This document shows, piece by piece, positions 54,077 through 63,764 of a stretch of DNA of 64,000 bases. The DNA comes from Nitrospirota bacterium (GTDB taxonomy: Bacteria; Nitrospirota; UBA9217). Both the position numbers and the translations under genes were made by a program. The notes beneath the pieces are model-generated. The model did not search any database. It was given only the letters and a program-made list of their open reading frames with translations, and was not told the origin of the DNA. Where the stretch lies: contig CAWJQQ010000001.1 in assembly GCA_963845065.1 (NCBI GenBank), forward strand, positions 256,001-320,000, given 5' to 3'. Each line of letters starts with the position of its first letter. Positions within the stretch are counted from its first letter, which is position 1.

Positions 54077-54472
54077 TCATCCCTCTTGTGCCGGTGGACG
54101 TGGCATAGGTATGGCATTGAGCCATTCCTCCGCCTTGCCGCGACTACGGAACGGCCGTACGTCGCAGACATCTGCTACCATTATTTCCAGCATCCGTATC
54201 ATCCCGTAGGAAACATCATCACCGATTAAAATGGCCGTCGGGCCGAGAGCATGGTTACGCCCGAGGTTGCGCAGTCGATCGACGATCCGTCGGACGTCAG
54301 CAGTATTGAAGGCCACGGTGGCCCGTGTAGCATCAATGAGCTCTGTGAAGGGTAAGCCGTTGTCATTCCGCTCCATCTCCAAATGAGCCGTGATATCGGA
54401 GAAGGTCACGGAGCCCTCGGCCACCGTGAAAAGCATTCGGCGCGCACGATCGATCGTGTAGGTTATTGACAT
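54077..54472 (-). CDS. STAS/SpoIIAA-like hypothetical protein
   Basis: ITYTID, ELIDA, YGMIRM, RPFR....AEEWL; RBS AGGAGG. Confidence 0.7.
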   Translation of the reverse strand: MSITYTIDRARRMLFTVAEGSVTFSDITAHLEMERNDNGLPFTELIDATRATVAFNTADVRRIVDRLRNLGRNHALGPTAILIGDDVSYGMIRMLEIMVADVCDVRPFRSRGKAEEWLNAIPMPRPPAQEG

Positions 54473-54599
54473 CCGATCCTCCTTCTCTATACGAACTGAT
54501 TATCAGAAGTATGCTGCACTCTTTTGTGCGGTCACGGCGCTCGACTTCCGGTCGGATTCGTGTCCACATATTACAACAAAAATCCTTCGCTTTATTCAG

Positions 54600-54740
54600 A
54601 AAATGACAAGCTCCATGTCCACCTACAAGTTTGCACCAGCGACCGATGAAGATGAGAGGTAGAATACCGCGGGCACATGCATCATAATAAATAAACCAGA
54701 TGGGCTTCTTTGCCCACCTGATAAAGTGAAAATTACCATA
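54600..54740 (+). repeat. CACCTAC-core site, mostly right arm (core 54620-54626)
   Basis: CACCTACAAGTTTGCACCAGCGACCGAT vs CACCTACAAGGTTGCAACGGCGACCGAT at 53994. Confidence 0.8.
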
Positions 54741-55079
54741 GTGCTCAAGCGTTCCGGGAAAGTAATCGGCAGTAAACCTGTTGGAACTTCAGCGAAAGCA
54801 ATTTGCACTTTATAGGGGCCCATAGGCTGACCCCAATTGTTCCGGAGAAGCTGTCTGAAATGCGTAACTTCGTTCATATTTCACCTCAGTGTAGAATGTG
54901 CATAACGAGAGGATCACCAGCCCACCTCGTAAATACTGGAAATCCGTCATTGAAGAGCATCCCTAAGTTAAGCCATCAGGCATGTCACCGGAACACGCAT
55001 TATATTCAAGTGTGGCGCACTAGAATTCGGATGCCTTGCCTCTTAGCATGTGAAGTCATTCCTTATTCGTATCACTAGA

Positions 55080-55370
55080 TTACTGCAGCTTATTAACTAT
55101 CTCTCCAAACTCTTTCCTCGTGAATACTCTAAGCCCTGCTCCTTTGACGTTCCCCGAGGAGTATATTTTCAGCCCAACAGCCGCAGCGGCTTCTTCAGAT
55201 GGAAACTCGCTGACCGCTATGTAGTCATACTCACCCGTTGTGTAGTAGATCGTCATCTTGCCCCCCGTTGCTTCTGCAGCTTTGACGGCTGCATCGAGTC
55301 GCTGTGGTGCGTTCTTGACGTCCTTGATTCCCTGATCAGTCATCTTTAAAAAAGTGATAAATGTAAGCAT
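55080..55370 (-). CDS. GYD domain protein
   Basis: TDQGIKDVK..PQR, GGK...YYTTGEYD. Confidence 0.9.
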   Translation of the reverse strand: MLTFITFLKMTDQGIKDVKNAPQRLDAAVKAAEATGGKMTIYYTTGEYDYIAVSEFPSEEAAAAVGLKIYSSGNVKGAGLRVFTRKEFGEIVNKLQ

Positions 55371-55449
55371 TAATCTTACCTCCTTTCCGATCGGTTACGT
55401 TCTAGGCGCCACCTTTGATATCACTACGGGATCACCAATGTTAAGTTAT

Positions 55450-55650
55450 AATTTTCGAATTGTAATCTACACGAGGCAGTTAACTGTTCAATGTGCAGAT
55501 ATCAGGAATAAGAGCGCGTCGTATGCTTCAACAGCGTTTCACGCATCTTTTAAAATTATGGCTGTCTCGTTGGACGCCTACGAACCTGCCATTGCGTGAG
55601 GCAACAACAGTTGAGAATTACTGTGTGAAGCTTACTGAATGCGGCGGCTA
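55450..55650 (+). repeat. CACCTAC-core site (core CGCCTAC, 55575-55581)
   Basis: CAGGA 55503 (72 nt upstream); TAAAATTATGGCTGTCTCGT like the 58197 and 59561 copies. Confidence 0.8.
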
Positions 55651-55766
55651 AGCGGCGGAGCGGTAAAGGGCGTTCGAATTGCCACGAGGTAGCCGCATCC
55701 GCTCCAGCCGCGAGTTAGACCTCTTTTGTTTCAGATCCGATCTTACTCCATTACAAGGGCTTTGGC

Positions 55767-56134
55767 TCATCTAGGTATGAGGAAATAGCCAAAGCCCCAA
55801 GCAAAGATCAGATACAGGGTTACAGCCGACCAACCGAGAGCATTTGGAATTCCAGACAATTGGTACATCAGAGCTAAGATGAAACCAATGCTATCATCAA
55901 CGAAAGCGGCAAGTGCAAACGCTCGTTGGGTGGCTGGCTTGGTTGTATTTCTGGCAAACCCATCAGGAGACCGAGTGTGAAAAAGACTGATCCGAAGATA
56001 CGAGTCATAAATAATCCGACATGATCTGCTGTTGGCCCATAGAAAGCAAGCATCGCAACAGGCTGTATTGCGAACCCGAGACCGAACAAAAGACAGATTA
56101 TGGCCGCAGCAATCATCCAATTCCTGAGTTTCAT
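55767..56134 (-). pseudogene. Small four-TM membrane protein with a frameshift
   Basis: MKLRNWMIAAAII...FFTLGLLM continues in another frame as ARNTT...NALGWSAVTLYLIFAWGFGYF. Confidence 0.65.
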
Positions 56135-56513
56135 CTGAAACTCCTTTTTTCTTATGCATTCTCTATGGGTTCATCGTGAGAGCATATCCAAACCACAGGT
56201 GCTAATGATTCTATTGCCCAAAATCATCTCCTTCTATAATAAAGTGCAGGGTGCAGTAATCGTTCCAGTTCCGAGTTAGAACCCTCCGCGTTAAAGTGAT
56301 GTTGTATTTCAGGGTTTATCCCCGGAGGATTGCTCGGCGTAATGCTAACAGCCCTTAATACCGTTGTCCTTCCGCTAACTTCCCAGACTTGCTCGACCCC
56401 TGAGTCGCGTGAAGGTGTGCCTCCGCCTTCTCCTCCACAGGAGTTTAGTATCAGCATTTGACTCACCAGTATATACATTTTAAGGCAGCGGTCGCGGCAT
56501 TGATTGCGTTTTT

Positions 56514-56657
56514 CTACACTTGATATTTTTGTGCAAAGTTCATCTGTGCGGAAGCGGACCAGACCATTATCAGCGCGCAGACGAGGAGCAGAGAGAGAAG
56601 TAAGAAAAGCCGGATACCTGATGCGGAAGAATGTTTTTTGTAAAGCAGGATGATCAT
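56514..56657 (-). CDS. 47-aa signal-peptide-like ORF downstream of the riboswitch (possibly truncated)
   Basis: RBS AAGGTG, then MIILLYKKHSSASGIRLFLLLSLLLVCALIMVWSASAQMNFAQKYQV*. Confidence 0.5.
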   Translation of the reverse strand: MIILLYKKHSSASGIRLFLLLSLLLVCALIMVWSASAQMNFAQKYQV

Positions 56658-56688
56658 TGCGATCACCTTATTATGATATTACTGATAA

Positions 56689-56800
56689 GAAAAAGGCCGA
56701 GATCACCAAAGGCATCCTCCTTCGGCAACTCGGCCGTCTTGGTCTTCTAAGACCCGTGGCTTTCCGTCCCCCTCTCGCGAAGGGTTTGGCTTTATCGAAA
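56689..56800 (-). ncRNA. c-di-GMP-I (GEMM) riboswitch with overlapping terminator
   Basis: GATAAAGCCAAACCCTTCGCGAGAGGGGGACGGAAAGCCACGGGTC...GACGGCCGAGTTGCCGAA, then CTCGGCC-T5. Confidence 0.9.
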
Positions 56801-56984
56801 CAATCTATAAATATCAGAGATTTAAAGAGTTGTCAATGTTTTTCGATGGTTTATTTTAAGGGTAAATGCTTTTGAATTCTACTTTGATTATACAAAAATG
56901 TGTATTTTTGTCGAGTAATACGATCGATACATCAAACCGAAGACAGCAGCAGACCTATTAATAGCACTGTTAAGGAGGTCTCCT

Positions 56985-57252
56985 ATGGGCATAAAATTTT
57001 CCGAAGATATTGTTCCGCTTAGCGACCTGAAGGTTAACCCTGGGAAGGTGGTTGCGCGTGCAAATGAGACGCACCGGCCTATTTTGCTCACGAGCAGGGG
57101 TCGTGGGGTAGCCGTTGTCCAATCTCTCAAGGACTATGAAGAAGAAACTGAAGAGCGCGTCTTTATGCAGGAAGGTGAAGGGGCTGATGGACCTGGAAGA
57201 AGGCCGCGTAATCTTCCTGAGCGAGGCAAAAAAAAGCCTCGGTCTAAAGTAG
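56985..57252 (+). pseudogene. Phd/YefM antitoxin with a frameshift near 57172
   Basis: DIVPLSDLK.NPGKVV...RPILLTSRGRGVAVVQS; natural end VKGLMDLEEGR...AKKSLGLK* lies in another frame. Confidence 0.8.
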
Positions 57253-57256
57253 TCCC

Positions 57257-57529
57257 GTGGCAGAAAAGATTCAGATTTCGCTTGCCGCTTCCGCGATGAA
57301 GGACCTTGAGGACATGCAGGCGTATTATTCCAACAAAGGCGCGCCAGATGTTGGGGAAAAGCTTACTGCCGAGACCGTTTCCAAGGTAGAGCGGCTCCAC
57401 GCGCATCCGCTGAGCGGCCGTGTCGTGCCTGAGTTTCATGTCGAATATCTGCGAGAGATCATTTACTCGCCTTTCCGTATAGTCTATCGGTACGATAAAA
57501 ACAAAGTGCGCATTGTCAGAATTTGGTGA
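57257..57529 (+). CDS. RelE/ParE toxin, probably prematurely stopped
   Basis: SA.KDLED, P.SGRVVPE, LREII.SPFRIVYR; ends IW* followed in frame by SE. Confidence 0.85.
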   Translation: MAEKIQISLAASAMKDLEDMQAYYSNKGAPDVGEKLTAETVSKVERLHAHPLSGRVVPEFHVEYLREIIYSPFRIVYRYDKNKVRIVRIW

Positions 57530-57611
57530 AGTGAAATCGTGAGTCTTGACAAATTCACAAATTAAAGCTAATCTATTAATGGCATAATTTATTGGGCTAA
57601 CACAAATTAAT

Positions 57612-57983
57612 ATGGAAACAAAAAAAATTCTTATAGCTGACGACAACCAAAACATTCGGGATGCCCTCGCTTATATCCTTAAAGAAGAAGGTTATAGACT
57701 ATGGATGGCTAAGGACGGTGCCGAAGCTTTGCGAAAAGTGAAAAACGGCCGCCCTGATATTGTCTTTCTCGATATCATGATGCCTAAATTGAATGGCTAT
57801 GATGTGTGCCGCATCATAAAAAACGACCCAGAGCTCAAAAAAACACATGTCATCATGCTGACCGCCCAAGACCAGGTGGCAGAACAGGAACGCGGCAAGG
57901 AAGTAGGCGCGGACGAATATATCGTCAAGCCGTTTAGCCCCCAGGAAATCCTTGCCATAATTAAAAGAATTCAGGCTGCGTAA
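57612..57983 (+). CDS. Single-domain response regulator
   Basis: ILIADD, PDIVFLDIMMP, MLTA, YIVKPF. Confidence 0.93.
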   Translation: METKKILIADDNQNIRDALAYILKEEGYRLWMAKDGAEALRKVKNGRPDIVFLDIMMPKLNGYDVCRIIKNDPELKKTHVIMLTAQDQVAEQERGKEVGADEYIVKPFSPQEILAIIKRIQAA

Positions 57984-58059
57984 TCGCAGCAGTCAATCTC
58001 CCTAGAAGACGAATAGTTTAACACCGATTGAATTCCAGATAAACGAATACTAAGGGAAA

Positions 58060-58290
58060 CCCATTTCGAACATTATGGCACGATGTACTATGCAACTTCC
58101 AAAAGATGCAACCGGCGCGGAATACAGGAAGCCGCCCGCATCGAAAGATTCGACTATTATTTTACGCCTCGTTAAAAATTATGTCTATCTCGTCACCACC
58201 TACAATCTCGCACCGGCGCTCGAGAAAAACGGTTGCGGAATACCGCTTGGAATTTGCGACTTTTATTCCGACGGGTGACTTGTACAGTAG
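58060..58290 (+). repeat. CACCTAC-core site (core 58197-58203)
   Basis: TGCAA 58091, CAGGA 58125, core 58197 (spacings 34 and 72). Confidence 0.88.
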
Positions 58291-58370
58291 GGACTGATAC
58301 CGAAACTAAATGAAACTGCGGCAATGGTAAAGAAATCGATGACTGCTAAAATCTAAAATCGACGAAAATT

Positions 58371-59348
58371 TCATTTTTTCGTTACAGGATCGGCCTTTTC
58401 ACCTGACAGAGAGTCTTTAAATGGGTAACCCCAGTGCTTTCTCTGAACTGCTAGAGAAAGACCGACAAAAATGAGCATTCCTCCGAATATGTGAAAAAGC
58501 CTTACCTCCTCATCTAAAAAGGTGACAGATAGATAAGCCGAAAAGACCGGCAGCAAATACAGAAACATCGCTGACGTGCTAGGCCCCACTTTAGCAACAC
58601 CATTATTCCAAAAAAAGTATGCAAGTATTGAAGGAAAGATGCCGGTAAATAAGAAAATGGAGATTGCATGACGACCAAGACCGAGATTCCTCGTAACAAT
58701 GATTTCCCAACAATAAAAAGGCAAAATAAAAAGCACTCCCAATCCAATCGTTATTGTCAGCAAGCTTACAGGATGTATTTTTATATCGAACTTGCGAAGA
58801 AACACAGAATAAAGAGACCAACTCGTCATCGATCCGATTACCATGAGATCGCCGTAGCTGAATTCCAGGCGGTAAATATTCACAAAAGATCCCTTGAAGA
58901 TAATGATGACCATCCCCAGAGCCGATATGAAAATGCCGGCGATCTGCAATCTGCTTGGCATGTCATTGATGACAAGCCAAGCCATTACGATGGTTATTGC
59001 CGGCAATGTTGCGGTTGCAATCGACATATTGGTAGCGGTAGTAAAATGAGCTGCTTCGTACAAAACTGAATTATAAACAGTCACGCTAAAAAAAGATAAC
59101 ATTGACAGACGAAGCTTATTATTACAGATTTCATGCATTTCTCTTTTAATATGCTTGAGGCCAAAAGGAAGAATTAAAATCAGGGCAACAAACCACCGAC
59201 AGAATGACAACGCCATCGGGTGGATTTCCTTTACCACTCCGCGGGCTAGGACAGTGTTGGCGGCCCAGAATAAAACGGCAAAAGTCAGCCCAATATAAGC
59301 ATACAACTTGTCCTTCAGTAGTAAATTACGAATTGTTTTTTCAGCCAT
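58371..59348 (-). CDS. DMT/EamA transporter
   Basis: LFWAAN, two EamA repeats, GD, WN.GV..VGP, YLLPVF. Confidence 0.93.
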   Translation of the reverse strand: MAEKTIRNLLLKDKLYAYIGLTFAVLFWAANTVLARGVVKEIHPMALSFCRWFVALILILPFGLKHIKREMHEICNNKLRLSMLSFFSVTVYNSVLYEAAHFTTATNMSIATATLPAITIVMAWLVINDMPSRLQIAGIFISALGMVIIIFKGSFVNIYRLEFSYGDLMVIGSMTSWSLYSVFLRKFDIKIHPVSLLTITIGLGVLFILPFYCWEIIVTRNLGLGRHAISIFLFTGIFPSILAYFFWNNGVAKVGPSTSAMFLYLLPVFSAYLSVTFLDEEVRLFHIFGGMLIFVGLSLAVQRKHWGYPFKDSLSGEKADPVTKK

Positions 59349-59429
59349 ATATATATTTATCCGTTCATTTTTGGATCTCCGTTTGGCTACAACGGAGGCC
59401 AGAAGCGATGATGATCTTGAAAATTAGTC

Positions 59430-59625
59430 GTAATAATTCGGGATGTAGTATTCTGCACATATGTTTAATCTTAGGTATGTGCATTTTTCAGGAAGGAGTG
59501 TGTGTCGTATACTTCAAATTCGATTTTACACCCTTTTAAAAATTATGTCCATATCGACGACACCTACAAGTCTGCAACGACACTATTGTGACAAGCTTAA
59601 AGAATTCCGTTTGCGTCATGCATGG
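59430..59625 (+). repeat. CACCTAC-core site (core 59561-59567)
   Basis: CAGGA 59489 (72 nt upstream); right arm like the 7146 copy. Confidence 0.88.
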
Positions 59626-59966
59626 ACGCGAAAACCAGCGATGCAATTTTCGTCAATACCCGATGCGCCCTTCTGTGCTCTTCGACGAAGCGACGCTATC
59701 CCGTAACGGTATGCTGGGCAAGGCAACTGTCCGGATTCTTACGAAGGATTAAAACGATCCTGCTGCCGGAAGAATATTATCAAGCTTACACTCGATAATG
59801 CCGGGATTTATCCGGGGCTCATTGGGAAACTCTTCCTGTTGATGTGAAGTTTCTGTTCTCTTCTCATAAGCAGATTGCAGACGACGGACGATCCCATAAT
59901 GAAAGGCAAAAATTACAGGAGACAAGAATAGCCTTGACTTGCAGCGGATGTTCGAGTAATATCCTA

Positions 59967-59980
59967 GTTGTATATACAAC
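59967..59980. promoter_or_regulatory. Putative MarR operator 1
   Basis: Perfect palindrome GTTGTATATACAAC upstream of marR. Confidence 0.8.
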
Positions 59981-59994
59981 ATTAAGGCCTGAAT

Positions 59995-60450
59995 ATGAAC
60001 GAACGGGAAACGACAATACTTGCAAAATCAGTTGCCGCAGAATGCATTGCTTATCGGGTGCGGCTTCTGAACCGCGTTGTAACCAACATCTACGATAGAG
60101 CCTTGAAGCCCCTCGGTCTCAAGGTTAACCAAGCGAACATTCTTACTATGCTTTCGCTCGCCGATCACGCATCTTCCGCAGATATCGCCAGGGTGCTGTT
60201 GATGGAGAAGTCGACGGTAAGCCGAACTGTGGACCGGATGAGGAAAAATGGCTGGATTAGCGTCGCTGGACATGGCGATGGGCCGTCTCAGATGATATTA
60301 GTCACTCCTCAAGGCAAGAAACTCTTGGCGACTGCACATACGCAATGGAAAAAGGCGCAAAAACAAGTTGAGGAACTTCTGGGCGAGGAGGGAGTTGCAG
60401 CTGTCCGGAGACTCCATGACACGGTGAGACCGGGAAAAAAGAAAGAATAA
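59995..60450 (+). CDS. MarR-family regulator
   Basis: C...RVR.LNR.VT.IYD.AL.P.GL...Q, MEKSTVSR, VTPQG. Confidence 0.92.
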   Translation: MNERETTILAKSVAAECIAYRVRLLNRVVTNIYDRALKPLGLKVNQANILTMLSLADHASSADIARVLLMEKSTVSRTVDRMRKNGWISVAGHGDGPSQMILVTPQGKKLLATAHTQWKKAQKQVEELLGEEGVAAVRRLHDTVRPGKKKE

Positions 60451-60467
60451 TTTTTTTTGACGGTAGA

Positions 60468-60481
60468 GTTGTATATACAAC
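60468..60481. promoter_or_regulatory. Putative MarR operator 2
   Basis: Identical palindrome GTTGTATATACAAC between TTGACG and the GGAGG RBS. Confidence 0.8.
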
Positions 60482-60494
60482 AAAGGAGGCTTGC

Positions 60495-61835
60495 ATGAAA
60501 GACCTAAATGACCACCCCACAGTAAAACGTTATCACGAAAGAAAGGCATCAACGGCACTTCACACAACCGCTTCGAAACTGAGCGCCCGGCAGTTGCGCG
60601 AAATGTGCATAGAATTCGGCGTTGATGATGTGGGTTTTGTTGAGATCGCACGTCCGTCACTCGCTGATCAGAAGACGGACATTCTGAATGTATTCCCCTG
60701 GACTAAGACGCTCATCAGTTTTGTCGGACGGATCAACAGGGAAAACCTGAGAAGCCCAGCACGCTCCATCGCAAGCCTCGAACTGCATCAAGTGGAAGAG
60801 CGGCTGTCCCACGCTGCCCATGTATTCGCAGCGTCTCTCGAGCGTAAAGGCGTTCGTGCCGCTACTCCGGCAGCCGGGTTCCCTATGGAAGCGGACCGTT
60901 GGCGAGGCAAGATGCACGTGGTATCGCACAAGCCCATAGCCGTTGCCGCCGGACTCGGTAAGATGGGCCTCCACCGCAATGTTATTCACCCGGTGTTCGG
61001 GAGTTTTGTACTGCTCAATACAGTGCTTATCGACGCCGAGATGGACGAATATAACAGTCCTCTGGACTATAATCCTTGTCTTGACTGCAAACTCTGTTCG
61101 ATTGCATGTCCCACAGGCGCCATAGGCCCGGATGGGGTATACAATCCCATAAACTGCCTCACCCATACCTATCGAGAACTGGTGGGTGGATTTACGAACT
61201 GGGTTGAAAACATCGCGGATAGTAAGAGCTCAATCGATTACCGGACCAGAATAAGCGATGCCGAGACGGTATCGATGTGGCAGAGCCTAGCGTATGGGCC
61301 GTGCTACAAATCGGTTTATTGTTTGGCCGTCTGCCCGGCGGGAGACGAAGTAATCCCGCAGTATCTGGATGATAAAAAGGGATTCATCGAGGACGTGGTT
61401 AAACCGCTCCAGCAAAAAATAGAGACGGTTTATGTCCTGCCCGGCTCAGACGCCGAGAGTCATGTTCTGCATATGTTCCCGCATAAAAAGGTTAAGCGCG
61501 TGGGCAACGGCCTCAGGCCGCCGTCCGTGGCAGCCTTCTTGACTTCCATGCCCATCGCTTTCCAGCGCCACAAGTCTGAAGGGCTGAGTGCAACTTATCA
61601 TTTTACGTTCACCGGCAGTGAACAGGTTGAAGCAACGGTCGTTATTAAAGACAAATCGATCAGAATAGAACGAGGACATACAGGCATCCCGGACGTACAG
61701 GTGCATGCAGATGCAAAAACTTGGCTGCGCGTGCTGCACAAAGAAAGTTCGATGTTCAAGGAGATCGTTTTGAGAAGGATTCGCGTTAAAGGTCCGATGA
61801 GCCTGTTCAAAGCATTCGGAAAATGTTTTGCATAA
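60495..61835 (+). CDS. QueG/reductive-dehalogenase-like 4Fe-4S protein with C-terminal SCP2 domain
   Basis: SHK.IAVAAGLG..G, CLDCKLCSIACP, C..CLAVCP; SCP2-like C-terminus. Confidence 0.85.
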   Translation: MKDLNDHPTVKRYHERKASTALHTTASKLSARQLREMCIEFGVDDVGFVEIARPSLADQKTDILNVFPWTKTLISFVGRINRENLRSPARSIASLELHQVEERLSHAAHVFAASLERKGVRAATPAAGFPMEADRWRGKMHVVSHKPIAVAAGLGKMGLHRNVIHPVFGSFVLLNTVLIDAEMDEYNSPLDYNPCLDCKLCSIACPTGAIGPDGVYNPINCLTHTYRELVGGFTNWVENIADSKSSIDYRTRISDAETVSMWQSLAYGPCYKSVYCLAVCPAGDEVIPQYLDDKKGFIEDVVKPLQQKIETVYVLPGSDAESHVLHMFPHKKVKRVGNGLRPPSVAAFLTSMPIAFQRHKSEGLSATYHFTFTGSEQVEATVVIKDKSIRIERGHTGIPDVQVHADAKTWLRVLHKESSMFKEIVLRRIRVKGPMSLFKAFGKCFA

Positions 61836-61860
61836 ACACAAAAATATCGAAGGGTATTTT

Positions 61861-62487
61861 ATGATCGACGGCTATGGACAAATCTATGAAAGCCTTATAC
61901 CAAAATTGAGCACATGCAATTTTTCAGAGGTTGCCGAACGGCTTGGGATGTCACTCCAGCCAGATGGTACCCTGTCCGTTGATTTTCTTGGGCGAGAATA
62001 CGAGATCAGTGCCCGCGGAGTCAATTCGAAGGACGGCAAGCCCGTTCATTTCAACAATCGCAGTGTGCTGGCTTACTATGCCCTGTCCCGAGGCGCTGGT
62101 GAACCTGCATTTTCATATGTGCCGATTTCTCATCTTGCCGGCAAAATAGTAGTTAGCGCAAATATAAAATGGATGACCGACCCGCTCGGCAAAAAATTTA
62201 GTGATAATTTCGCGAAGTTCTGCGAAACTCAGCGTGGATTGGGTGCCGTTTTTTACGGCAAGCTGAAATTGGGAGGCTATTCATGGATTCTGAAGGCACT
62301 GCCGAAAATCTTCCTCCAAATTGTTTATTATGATCGAGATGATGAATTCCCCTGCGAAGTTCAAATTCTGTTTGATGCGAATGCTTCACGCTTCATGGAG
62401 TTTGAATGTCTGGCTTTTTTAGAGGGATGCCTCGTAAAAGCGATGATTATGACTGCCCAAACGGGAGATACGGCTGGATGGGCGTAA
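61861..62487 (+). CDS. DUF3786 domain protein
   Basis: FLGREY, LPKI.LQI.YY..DDEFP....ILFD. Confidence 0.85.
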   Translation: MIDGYGQIYESLIPKLSTCNFSEVAERLGMSLQPDGTLSVDFLGREYEISARGVNSKDGKPVHFNNRSVLAYYALSRGAGEPAFSYVPISHLAGKIVVSANIKWMTDPLGKKFSDNFAKFCETQRGLGAVFYGKLKLGGYSWILKALPKIFLQIVYYDRDDEFPCEVQILFDANASRFMEFECLAFLEGCLVKAMIMTAQTGDTAGWA

Positions 62488-62863
62488 CAAAACATGCGGA
62501 GACAACTTTGCTCAAGCACATCACGTAGGGAGGTTGCCATGGCTGAAGAAAGGAGTGGATGCAAAAACACTTTACAATTATAATCTGATTATATTATATC
62601 ATGATGGTGATGTCGGCACGATGTCCAGGAAGCTGCTTGCGTGTATGTTATTTCCCGAACGTGCGCCCGGCGCAGCCGTTTAGCACAAATACACCACCCT
62701 CAGATTAGCTAAACATTTAGGGTATCCGGATTTTGCGGTTGACACTGTAAAAATCGATCGTAATCGATTTTTAAGTAGCTGGTTTACAGTTGTGTCCCCA
62801 AAAAGAGAGCATTGACAATTGACGTACAATTTAGTAAATTATGTACGTCAGGAGGTGAATACG

Positions 62864-63109
62864 ATGGCAACGAAACTGACTCTACGGCTTGACGAGAATG
62901 TAATTCGCAACGCGAAACGCGCCGCCCGTATTCGTGGTGTCAGCCTGTCCCAAATGGTAACCGGCTACTTCCAGGCAATATCCGAGGAAAAAACGAAAAT
63001 GGAAACAACACCCGTGCTCGTGGAAATTTCGGGTGTGATCGGCCCAAAGGCCGATGCGAAAAAACTTATGATAGGCTACCGGAAACACATCAAAGAGAAG
63101 TACCGATGA
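62864..63109 (+). CDS. DUF6364 RHH antitoxin
   Basis: MATKLTLRLDE.VI..AK..A...G.SLS.MV..YF; palindrome TGACGTACA...TGTACGTCA upstream. Confidence 0.88.
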   Translation: MATKLTLRLDENVIRNAKRAARIRGVSLSQMVTGYFQAISEEKTKMETTPVLVEISGVIGPKADAKKLMIGYRKHIKEKYR

Positions 63110-63524
63110 AAAGCATCCTTTGCGATATTAATTTTATCTTAGATATTTTTCTTAAAAGGGTGCATTCTATTCTCCTGCTGCACAGGTATTCTCCATGATA
63201 GAAGCCAAACAGCTGAATGGGTATCTGTGCGCGAACAGTTTTCCTATCCTCTTTTATATCCTTGCGAAAGAGCTAAAGCGAGACAAAGCAATGAAGATAT
63301 TGGAAAAGGTCCGGATTGTTTTCCGAGTAGCTGCCATAGATGAAAAAGTAATTGATTTGTCGCTTGTGTCCGATTTCAGGGATTTCGAGGACGCAGTCCA
63401 ATATTATTCCGCGGTCAGAATGAAGGCAGATTGCCTCATCACAAGAAATAAGATAGATTATATAGTCAGTGACCTTTCTATCATGACCCCGGAAGAATTT
63501 CTTGCAGCATCCTCTGTGGAATAA
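63106..63524 (+). pseudogene. PIN-domain toxin with a frameshift near 63163
   Basis: MKSILCDINFILDIFLKRV/FYSPAAQVFSMIE...DFEDAVQ...ITRN..DY. Confidence 0.85.
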
Positions 63525-63764
63525 ATCAACTTAATAAACCGGATTTTAAATCGTTGGTACAATTTCAGAAAGATGCAAAATCAACCGGTAAATTTGGAGA
63601 CCCAACTTTTAAAGAGTAATTTTAGTAAGAAAGAATTAAAGCGTAATTCATATAGATGCCTCGGTTTCCTAGTATTCGATATACCCGGCTTTCCAGGAAT
63701 CAAACGGGGCAAGCTTGCAAAACACAAGATGTATTTAGCACATCCATTCAGTGTAGAGCAAAAA

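Noticed and set aside
46150..55720. A bona fide integron or CALIN array
   Set aside because: No intI, and only two incomplete attC-like remnants; most module boundaries carry CACCTAC sites instead.
56721..56800. cGAMP-selective (GEMM-Ib) riboswitch
   Set aside because: The discriminator position reads G, not A, by manual alignment.
58075..58297. Short ORFs overlapping CACCTAC sites (also 54623-54877, 55354-55599, 59461-59706, 63573-63896) read as a repeated protein family
   Set aside because: No reading frame is kept across copies, stops occur at varying places, and the element is symmetric; a non-coding interpretation fits better, though blastx is needed to close this.
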